A stretch of DNA of 16,473 bases from Piromyces finnis finn (taxonomy: Eukaryota; Fungi; Neocallimastigomycota), in NCBI GenBank assembly GCA_002104945.1, contig MCFH01000210.1, positions 1 through 16,473 of the forward strand. Reading direction: 5' to 3'. Of this stretch, positions 1 to 10,139 are shown in pieces (within the stretch, counting starts at the first letter, position 1; every line of letters starts with the position of its first letter). Made by a program: the position numbers and the translations under genes. The notes below the pieces were generated by a model. The model ran no database searches and was not told where the DNA came from. It saw only the letters and a list, made by a program, of their open reading frames with translations.

Positions 1-268
1 GGTGAATAACCCTTATACAAACTACAAAATAATAAATTGACAAGTTAAACTATTTAAAAACTGTATTTTTTTTAAAAAAAAAAGAAACATATAAACCATT
101 AAAATCTAAATTGATTTTTTTTTTATTTAAAGTAAAAATAAAATTTTGAAATTAATAATTAATAAAAATAATATTTAATATTAATAAATATTATCAATAT
201 TTAAATAAAGACAACAAAAAAAAAAATAAACTAGATAGTTTAATCCCTTATTATTAATTTAGAATAAA

Positions 269-893
269 ATGTTATTCAATATTTTTCTTTTATTACTACC
301 AATTATTAATATGGTATATTCAAATGGTGTTTTCGATTCTGATGCCTTTGACAATTTAAGAAAGAAATGAACAATTCTGATATCTTTATAATTTAAAAAT
401 GAAATGAATAATTCTGATATTTTTCGACAAATTAAAAGGCGAAATGAATAACAATGATATTTTGACAAATTAAAAATGAATTTTCGAAAAAAAAGGCAAT
501 GATAACAATGATATTAATTTTAAAACTATACATAATCCAAAAAATTTAAAACTACTGTAACTAAAACTAAAATAATTCTATTAAAGCCAAATCTACTACT
601 AATGGCATTAAATCCAAATCCACTACTACCAAAGTTAATAAAGTATCACTTATAAATTTTACTGTTCCTAATAAAACTTATATTGTTGGTACTAAAACCT
701 ATTATGCTAATAATATTACAACACAGAAAAACCCTTCAATCCCAAACTTATTATCTACTGATAAATGTGGAAGTAAATCTGATGGTGTTTATATATGTAA
801 AAATAATAAATGTTGTAGCAATATGGTTATTGTGGTACAAGTGATGCTTATTGTAGTACAGGATGCAAACCAAATTATGGAAAATGTTGGTAA
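269..893 (+). CDS. Secreted chitin-binding protein (signal peptide + 13-aa repeats + Lys/Thr linker + C-terminal CBM18/hevein domain); frameshifted in this sequence
   Basis: ATG at 269 opens MLFNIFLLLLPIINMVYSNG (signal-peptide-like). Joining frames across several 1-nt indels gives repeats like SDIFDxLKxEMNN, then KTTVTKTKNNSIKAKSTT...STDK, then CGSKSDGVYICKNNKCCS(K)YGYCGTSDAYCSTGCKPNYGKCW*, stop TAA at 891-893. Not in the ORF track. Confidence 0.75.
338..480 (+). repeat. Degenerate ~39-nt coding tandem repeat, about 3.7 copies (13-aa unit ~SDIFDNLKNEMNN)
   Basis: Units start at 338, 376, 413 and 453 (tctgat/aatgat...gacaa...ttaa...gaaatgaa). Observed lengths of 38, 37 and 40 nt reflect indels. 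Confidence 0.75.
766..890 (+). other. CBM18 / hevein-type chitin-binding domain
   Basis: 8-Cys pattern CG-x8-C-x4-CCS-x-YGYCG-x5-C-x3-C-x6-C. One A is missing at 820-821 (agc aa tat where agc aaa tat is expected). Confidence 0.9.
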
Positions 894-1928
894 TCCATAG
901 AAATATAATTATATATAATATAAATATATTAATGTAAATTAATATAATAAAATATAATAGGCAATAGATATTCACATATATATATATAACATTCTATACA
1001 TATTATATATTAAAAGAAGTATAATAAATAGAACTTTAATTTTTAAAATAGTATTTTTTTAAAATAAGAATTTATATATTTATAACTATAAAATATTAAA
1101 TTTTTTTAACGGATCAAATATTTTAAACTTTATTATTAATTTAATTAAATTATAATACATGTAATATAAAAAATTAAAAATAAAAATATTAAATTAACGA
1201 TATATAATACTTTAATATCAAGCGATACTTAGGAATAAGGTATAATGTATAATTGTACTATTAATAATAATATTAATTATATTATTCTATTATTCTAATA
1301 ATGGTAATGACATTTGATAAACAATAGTCTATAACAATAAAAATGATAATTATAATAAATAATGAAATATTAAATTGTTAAAAGTTATTTTTCTTATATT
1401 TTTATTAAATATTTATCATATTTAAAGTAGCTTTTTTTTTTAAAAAAAAAATTAATTTTGTAATAAAATACTTCATATTATATTTCTATATTTTCATTAT
1501 AAAAATGACTGCTTTAAATAATTATATTTATTACTATACTATTAATGAGTAAAACCAATTATTATAGAAATTTTTTTATAAAAAAAAAATGTATAGAAAT
1601 AATTAATTTAATATAAAAAAAATAGAATATATATATATTTATACTATTTTAAAAAAAAAAAAAAAACAAATTTTTAATAGTTTTAAATTTTATTATCCAT
1701 GTAATAAATAAAAATATATTATTTATTAATATTTTTATTTTAAATATTAAAGATATATAAAATTAGTACAACAACACCTTATATTATAAATAAATATTAA
1801 TAAAACCAAATAATTATATTTATAAAAGTATAAATAGATTATTAAAAGGTCATTGAATTAATTATTATAATTCTTTTATATATAATATTTTAATATTTAT
1901 ATGTATATGATAGTAATTTTAATTTTAT

Positions 1929-2640
1929 TTAATATAAGAATAATAATAAGGTTAAAATTAATAAAGGTAATAAAACAGTAGTAATTTTAGTAGTAATATA
2001 ATCGCCTGCATCACTTGTTTCATGAGAAGATTTGCATTTATCAGATTCTAAAAGAAATTGAATTTTTGATAGAATTTATATCTTGATAAGTATAACTTTC
2101 AGTAGTAAATGATAAATTTTCGTAAGCAGCAAAGCGGTCGACATTAATTTCTTTGAAAGACTTAATTAAAGATTCAGTACATTTTTTTGATTTACATGTG
2201 TCTGATAAAGCTTCATCTTCACCAGTTAATGTGATTGCATATATAGAGAATGGACATAACTCATTATTTTCATCGGTGAAACATTTACTTTCTAAGCCTT
2301 GTACTAAATCCCTAATTATAAGGGGTTGCATTGCTTCTACAAATTGAGGAATTTTACTGCAAATTGGGAAGTACTTTAATGGATCATTATAGAATGCTTG
2401 ACATTTTTCAGATTTGATATTAGAGCAAGCTTCTTTATAATTTCCAATAGTAATGATAGGCATACAGTCGTTACTATATTCGGAATTATTGTTTTCTTCG
2501 ATACATTCTTCAGAAATAGCACTGGCTTCAGAGTCAACAAAATTATCTCTTTTTAACAAATTAGAAAAAAAGGTAGAGTTAGCAAAAGTTGAAGCTATTG
2601 TTGTAATTAAGATAAGTATTAAAAGATTAAAAGTTTTCAT
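1929..2640 (-). CDS. Cys-rich secreted protein, probably GPI-anchored, unknown function; one frameshift near 2050
   Basis: ORF 2041-2640: hydrophobic N-terminus MKTFNLLILILITTIASTFA, a KR dibasic site and 9 Cys. A frame change in the A-run at ~2050-2053 continues as LESDKCKSSHETSDAGDYITTKITTVLLPLLILTLLLFLY*, stop at 1931-1929. Confidence 0.8.
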
Positions 2641-3437
2641 TTTTTTTTCTTTTTTACTTATTTAAAAATATCAATACTACTTTTTTTTTTATTACTACTA
2701 TTTTTTTTTTCGATGATATTTAAATATTTTAATTTAATATTATTAATAATAATATTTTTATTATAATTTATGTTTTAATTATATTTTTATTAAATCAGTT
2801 TATAAAATACTTTATAAAAATAAACAGTAATATTACTAATATTACTGTTTTATTCAAATTAGTAAAACAATTTATTATATTATATTATATTATTATTATA
2901 TTATATTTATTATTTCTATTATTTAAATTTATTTTATGAATAATACATTGATATTAATTACTTTGAATTACATTAATTAAATCCATCTACATTCATATCC
3001 ACATTCATGTAAAAAAATATCACTAGATGATAATATTGTTCATATTATACAAAAAATAAAATTTTGCTTTGGCACATTAATAAAAATGTAAATATTATTT
3101 TTTTTATAAATAAATATACAATACAATATAAATTATTATATATTATATAATGAGTAAATTATTTAATTAAATTTAAAAAATTAATATAATAAAATGTATT
3201 ATATATATTATAATATAAATCATTTAATTAAAATATTTAAATAAAATAAATATTATTAATTTCCAAAAATGTAACAAAATTCAAAAAAATAAAGTCTTTA
3301 TTTTTTTTTATATCTAGTTTTAAAATGATTTTTATTAATAGAAATAATATATAGGTATAAGTTTTGTTTATTGTTTATATATTTACTCTTTTCGAAATAT
3401 AAATATAATATTCATGTTATAATAATATTTTCGGAAT

Positions 3438-4627
3438 ATGAACAATATCGAGTATTATAAGAATAAAGAAGATTCAGAGGTAATAAAGTTGCTTAAACAT
3501 TACAAAATATATAATGAAGGAAATTTTAATTCTGAAAATATAAAAGAATTAATTTGCAAATTAGTAATGTATGGAGAAGCAAGAAATTTAAAAAATGTAT
3601 TGAGCGAATTATTTGAAAATTATAGATATGATAGAGATTATGAATTTGATAAACAATTTAGGTTTGACAATGATTTTATAATAACTTTACTTATTTATTA
3701 CAAAAATAAAACACAGTTTTCGAATAAAGAACTAACTATTATTAAGAAAAAAAGAAAAAAAGTCTAATTCTATTGTTAATTTTTATATAGCTGATAGATA
3801 TATTTTTAATTTTGATTACTATTTTGTTACACCTTTATATATTGCTTGTGTCAGTAATAATGAAGAAATAGTAAAAATGTTATTTGATTATGGGGCGAAT
3901 GTAAATTTCCGAAATAATTATAGGTGAAACAGCTTTATTATATTTATGTAAATGTAATCTTTCTCTTGATATTATAAAATTACTAATTGATAAATACAAA
4001 GCTAAGATATATGATGTAGATAATTATGGAAATACATTATTACACAAATTTTGTAAAAGACGTAGTGATAATGATGTAAAATTATTTAATTTTTTAATAG
4101 AAAAAGGTTAGATATAAATAAAGTTAATATGAAGGAAATACTCCATTAATAGAATTGTGTAGGTATACAACAAAATATTTTTATATACCGTTATTACTGG
4201 AAAATGGTGCAGAAATTAATATACGAAATAATAAAGGTGAAACAGCATTACTTGTAACTTGTAAATACGGAGATGATAGATTGGTAAAAAAATTGGTAGA
4301 GTGTGGTGCTGATGTTAATATAGCTGATAATGATGGTAATACACCATTATTAATAAGTTGTCGTGATGATAGTAAGCTTTCTATTTCAAGGTTAAAGCGA
4401 TATTTTATTGAGAATGGAGCAGATATAAATAAAGCGAATAAAAATGGAAGAATACCTTTTCATGAATTATGTGAACATGGAAATAATTGTATATAAATAT
4501 ATTTCATTGATCATGGAGCAGATATAAATAAAAGGATAATGATGGTAATACTCCATTAAGTATTGCACGTAAGAATCTTAGTGAAAAAGCTAGTATTAAA
4601 AGTTTAATTATCCATGGAGCAAAATAA
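3438..4627 (+). CDS. Ankyrin-repeat protein (about 8 repeats) with an N-terminal helical region; multiple frameshifts
   Basis: Fragments in changing frames: TPLYIAC..GANVN, GETALLYLC, GNTLLHKFC, GNTPLIELC..GAEIN, GETALLVTC..GADVN, GNTPLLISC..GADIN, GRIPFHELC..GADIN, GNTPLSIA..HGAK* (TAA 4625-4627). ORFs 3438-3767 and 4155-4496 are pieces of this gene. Confidence 0.85.
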
Positions 4628-4834
4628 TATGAAAGTAAATATAATTTTTATTTGTTTGATGTTATAATTAAGGTATTTTTATTCGAATAGAGCTTATTTA
4701 AATAATTATATATCATTAAAATTTACAATAGATATATAAATAATATATATTTTTAAAATAAAGTAAAATAAACTAATAAATATAAAATGATTATAATTTT
4801 ATTTTATTTATATAAAATCTTTAATAAATTAAAG

Positions 4835-5838
4835 ATGAGAATAATTAAATGGTTTATTCTGATTTTAATAAGTATTACAAAAAATATTGTAGTCCTACAA
4901 TCATTTAGATATTCAATTAGCATTATTGATTTTATCTGCTGGAGATCATGATGGAAATATAGTTAAGGATGCAAATCTTGAATTTATGAAAATTAATATT
5001 AGTAAGATCCAAGTAATAAAGTAGAGAAAGATATAATCGATATTATTCCAAGTTTAAGAGAATAAGAAAACATGAAAATGATATAGAAAGACAAAATCAA
5101 AGAATTGGAAATCAAATTTAAAGAGTTGTATAAAAAAGCTGAAAAATTAGCTATTCATAGATTAGGATTAACTATTGAGAGCACATTATTTGATGCCTTT
5201 AGAACTGAAACTAATAATAACAATGTTAATAATAATAATGAACTGGTTAAAACGCCATTTTGAAAATTTGGATGTATTTAGAAAATTGAATACTGATGGT
5301 ATTGGATTAATTAACGGTGAAAATGACATGACTACGTTATCTTTTTATAGAAAAGATAGTAATATAAACTCTAATAAAATTAATTTAGAGATGCTAATTA
5401 AAAACAATGTTCCTTTTGCACCACAATATGATAATAATCATTCCAACAGTTATATTGTTAATTATTTTAAAGATTGTAGCATCACAATGTCATCAATTAC
5501 AAACTTGCAAAATTTTATTTGATAATTCTAATCCAACATACAGTTTAATCAAAGATGATTCTAATGATAATTTATATTTTATTGTTAGTCTTAATAATAA
5601 TATACATGCGTTTCAATTAAAAAATAATAACGGTCAATATATTATGAATAGTTATGACAATGAATCATTAAACGATTTAAATGACATAATTCAAGGATAT
5701 GGTAAATCTTCTGAATACACAAGTAATAGTGCTTTTATTAAAGGGGATGATATTAGTATAATTCCAGATTGTGGTATAATTCTTACTACTAGAAATATAC
5801 TTCCAACATACAGTTTCAGTATACTTTTATACTTTTAA
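4835..5838 (+). CDS. Hypothetical ~330-aa protein, probably secreted, unknown family; multiple frameshifts
   Basis: ATG at 4835 opens MRIIKWFILILISITKNIVVLQS. Protein-like segments follow in shifting frames (LDIQLALLILSAGDHDGNIVKDANLEF; DPSNKVEKDIIDIIPSL; KIKELEIKFKELYKKAEKLAIHRLGLTIESTLFDAF; RHFENLDVF...; FDNSNPTY...TYSFSILLYF*). GC is higher than in the flanks. ORFs 5175-5522 and 5407-5838 are pieces. Confidence 0.55.
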
Positions 5839-6624
5839 TTTAAAGTAATATTTATTAATACATATAATTAATTATGTATATATTTTTATATTGATACATT
5901 TATTTCTTTTATTAAACAATGCTTTTAATTATTAATAATTTTTTGATGAACTTAAAGTTTCATTATTTAATATAATATTATATCATTGAATATATACATT
6001 ATACATGTTTTAAATTTTTTTTTTAATAATACAATTATTTTTTTAAACCGATTTAATTATTTCAATAACGATTATTTTTTTTCTTTATTATATCCATTCT
6101 ATTATTTCAATAATAAGAAATAACAAAAATAATAACAGTATAAATGAATATTATAATTTATAAATAATAGGATAGAGATTATTCAAATATAATATAATGC
6201 TTTTCTACTTATTTTTACCATTAAAATTTTATATTGAGGCTTATTATTTAATATCAAAAAAAAAAAAACTTTTTTAAAGTTATTAAAAAAATATTAATTT
6301 AATTAATTATTGAATGATTCTAATAATTTTTTAATTAACTAGATAAAATTTTTTTTTTTTTTTTGGAAACAAATTTTATAAAAAAAAAAATGTTATTTAA
6401 TACATATAAATAATATAAATTAATATAAATTAGAGACAGCAACCATCTTTTTTTTAACCAAAAAAAAAAATATAATTTTTATTTTTTCTTAATTGCTAAA
6501 TAAATAAATTGAATTAAAATTGAAAATTAAAAAAAAAAAAAAAAAGAAAATAAAATAAAATATAAAATGAAATAAATAAAAAAAATAATAAAATAACAAC
6601 AATAAATATAAATAAATCTCAAAA

Positions 6625-8852
6625 ATGAATAATAATTTAAAATATTTTTCAATTCTAGTAGTAATTTCTTTACTATTAAATATCCCTTATACTCGAGGTG
6701 AAAAGGTTTTATCTAACAAGGATACTATTATAAATGCTAAAAAGGATCAGTATTATTTGATTTATTTTAACAATACTTATGATGAATTTAAGATATTTTC
6801 TAATTTAAAAAATAGAAAACGTCAAGAATCGTATAATAATGTTTTATCTTTTGTTGACAAAATTCACAATTTAATTGCTGAAAATAAACACACCTATGAA
6901 AATCCAAAAATATTAGATAAAATTGAAGAAAAATCAAAATTAAAAAAAAGGAGTAATAATAGTCAACAATTTTTCAACTATGGAAATTCAGAATTAATTT
7001 ATCCAATATCCTCTGTAGGAAACAGAGTAGTATTTTATTCCTTCCTCTCATATGACTTGTACAAAAAGGTTAAAACTCTTAATAATGTTATAGAATGTAC
7101 TACAAATAAATATAGTGTATCAATAAATAGTTATTATAATAAAGAAGATATATTAAAAGAAACAAAATGGAATAAACTTTCTGTAAGAGAAAATGCTGAT
7201 TTACATTTGTCTCTAATATCACAAGGAATATACAATACAAATATAATTAATAAATATGATAATAATTATTATTATCCAAGTTCTGCAGGTAAAGATGTTG
7301 ATATAGTAATTATGGATTCAAGTTTCAATTTTGATTATTCAGAATTTGAAAATACCAATGACCGTATAGCTAAATGTGTTGCTCATATAGAGGATGGAAA
7401 ACCAGTTATTGGTAAATGTGGAAGTTGTGATTATTATCATGGAGAACAAGTTGCTGATACAGCAGGTGGATTAAAACATGGAGTAGCTAATCTTGCAAAT
7501 ATATATGGTATCGCTATATCATCTAATGAAAATGGTGAATATCTACAAAGTGATATATTATCAGCATTACAATTTATTTATGAAAAATTGATTCGTCCCA
7601 ATAAAACAGTCGTTAACATATCATCGGGAAATTGGCAATATGAAAAAGATAATTTTTTCATCCAATATCAAGAAATAGTCGATAAAATAACAAAGAAAGG
7701 GGGTATTGTTGTTACTTCGGCTGGTAATGATAGAGAAGAAATTAATCCTGAAATAAATGATTTATATTACATTCCATGTTCATTCAACAATACAATATGT
7801 GTTGGTTCAACAATTAGTTATAATGTTTCAAAATACAATAGAAGCCTATACAAAAACTGATTTTTTCAAATTACGGAAAAGATGTTGATATTTTTTGCAC
7901 CTGGAGATTGTAATGTTGAAATATATAGGACCCATTATTAGAAAAATATTGTGTTGATAATTTATATTGTGACCTTAGCTTACCATTCCCATTTCATTTT
8001 TTGAATATTAAAAATGAAACAATTGAAAATGGGTGTAAGAAAATGATATTGTAGATGGAACGTCCTTTTCTGTTCCTATTGTTGCTGGTATTATTGCTAC
8101 AATAATAAGTGAAAATCCAACAATTAATTATAATAAAGATACTATTTTAGACATTTTACTTAAGAATGCAATTCCATTTACATTTAAAAATAATGATTGG
8201 AAAAATGAAGATAGCAATTATGGTTAATAATGGTAAACATATTGTTTATTCTGCTGACGGAACATATAATGGATGTGGTATTAATGCAGGAAATAAACCA
8301 TGTCAAAATACTACTACTACTACATCTACTAAAGAAACATTTTCAAAGCATTCACTACAGCCACTTCGACAAACAAAGCAACTACAAAAACAAATTCTCC
8401 AGAAAAATTTACTACAACAAAAAAGACCACTACAACGACAACAAAGAAATCTACTACAACAAAAAAGACCACTACAACGACAACAAAGAAATCTACTACA
8501 ACAAAAAAGACCACTACAACGACAACAAAGAAATCTACTACAACAAAAAAAACCACTACAGCTACAACAAAGAAATCTATTACAACAAAAAAAAACCACT
8601 ACAATTACAACAAAGAAATCTACTACAACAAAAAAGACCACTACAACGACAACAAAGAAATCTACTACAACAAAAAAAACCACTACAGCTACAACAAAGA
8701 AATCTATTACAACAAAAAAAAACCACTACAACTACAACAAAGAAATCTACTACAACAAAAAAAAAGTAACTACCATCACTAGAAGAAAAAAAAGCAAGTA
8801 CAAATATGCCTTTTTTAAAAAAGGATCAACTTCTAAAAGAATATCTACATAA
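6625..8852 (+). CDS. Secreted subtilisin-like serine protease (peptidase S8) with prodomain and Thr/Lys-rich tail, copy A; frameshifted from ~7855 onward; true 3' end uncertain (possibly to ~8955)
   Basis: Signal peptide MNNNLKYFSILVVISLLLNIPYTRG; prodomain with KR sites. Catalytic Asp in DVDIVIMDSS (7315-7317), His in HGEQVA (7438-7440), oxyanion Asn in SAGND (7726-7728). FSNYGKDVDIFAPG appears after frameshifts at ~7855-7886. Nucleophile Ser in DGTSFSVPIVAG (8063-8065) lies in a frame missed by the ORF track. Confidence 0.9.
8408..8773 (+). repeat. 42-nt coding tandem repeat (STTTKKTTTTTTKK), 8 full copies plus a partial
   Basis: Units start at 8408, 8450, 8492, 8534, 8576, 8619, 8661, 8703 and 8746 (partial). 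Consensus tctactacaacaaaaaagaccactacaacgacaacaaagaaa. Confidence 0.95.
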
Positions 8853-10139
8853 AAAAATAAAAATAAAAAATAACACTAGAAAAACTTTCGAAACAAAACA
8901 AGGTGTCAATAATCAAGACATCTACCACAAAAAATTACTATTAGGAAAAAAAAAATAACTAGTTTTTAATAATTATTAGTTATAGAAATATTTATAAATT
9001 TTGTATAATTTTAATAGTGTATATATTATAGATAATCAGTATAATTTTTATTTCATTTAAAATAATTAAATCTAAATAAAAGAGAATTAAAATAAAATAT
9101 ATATATATATATAGTGATATAAATTATTTTTCCTACGACTACTACTACTAATAATAAATAAATAAAATTCATAATGTATAAAATTATATCATTTATCATT
9201 TTAAAGTTCATACCTATTATGGTTATATTTCAAATTAATCTAGTAGTTATTTTTATATTAATTTTTATTTATCAACATTAATTTTGTTTTAAAATAATTC
9301 ATAATAAATAATAAATCATTTATTTTTTATGAATAATAAAAGATAAGTTTTTTTTTTTTTAAATTTATATTCAAAAAGTTAGAATTAATTATCATTAATT
9401 GATCTTTTTTTTAAAAAAAAAATGAGTCACTTTAAAGTACACCTTTTTTTAATATTCTAATATTCTTATCATTTTTATATATAGTCATATTAATTTTGAA
9501 TTTGAATACAAAATGTTTCATATTAACTTTCGATAGAACTTTTAATATTCTAAAAATAAAAATATAAAGTTTTGTATTAAAATCAAGGATAGATGGGTTA
9601 AAAACAAAGAATACTTTTTTTTTTCTTTTTTTTTTTTTTTTTTTCTCGCTCTCTTTATAAAGATGGTAATTTTAACATACCCATCCTCCTTAAATGTTAT
9701 AATTCCACCATTTTTATTTTCTAAATAATAATTAAAAAAGTTTGTTTTTTATTAAGCAAGGGTTACACTAAAATAATTTAATTAAATTTTAATATATATT
9801 AAATTAAGCTTTATTATAGAAAATAATATGATATATTATAAAATAAATGATAAGTAATTGCTAAGTATTATTCTAAATGCATCAAATTAAAAATATAAAA
9901 ATAATAAAAAATTACCCTTTTTTTTATAATATAAATAAAAAAAAAAAAAAAAAGTAAAAAAAGAATTATTATTTTTTATAATAAAATAATAATAATGAAG
10001 AAATAAAAAGTTTTTCAACTTCTATTTTTCCTTCCTATTAAAAAACTAAAAATAATACAAATATAAATAATTAAATATTTAATACAAAAAAAAAAAATTA
10101 ATAATTTAATATAATTTAATTTAATGTAAAATTGTGAAT

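Noticed and set aside
259-468. 69-aa minus-strand ORF
   Set aside because: Antisense shadow of the + strand secreted CBM18 gene.
751-975. 74-aa minus-strand ORF
   Set aside because: Antisense to the CBM18 domain plus AT-rich 3' flank; no protein features of its own.
2153-2665. Two short + strand ORFs (2153-2347, 2453-2665)
   Set aside because: Antisense shadows of the minus-strand Cys-rich gene.
3768-4154. Introns as the explanation for gaps between tracked ORFs
   Set aside because: The gap sequence itself translates to ankyrin repeats, so frame changes rather than splicing explain it.
8230-8769. ORFs 8230-8769 (+), 8303-8683 (-) and 8329-8556 (-), and the Gln/Leu-rich middle of ORF 8166-8852
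   Set aside because: Alternative-frame or antisense readings of the stop-poor 42-nt repeat. The Thr/Lys frame is preferred because it matches the paralogue's tail.
8408-8773. Regularly spaced repeats as a CRISPR array
   Set aside because: Units are contiguous with no unique spacers, lie inside a coding tail, the context is eukaryotic and there are no cas genes.
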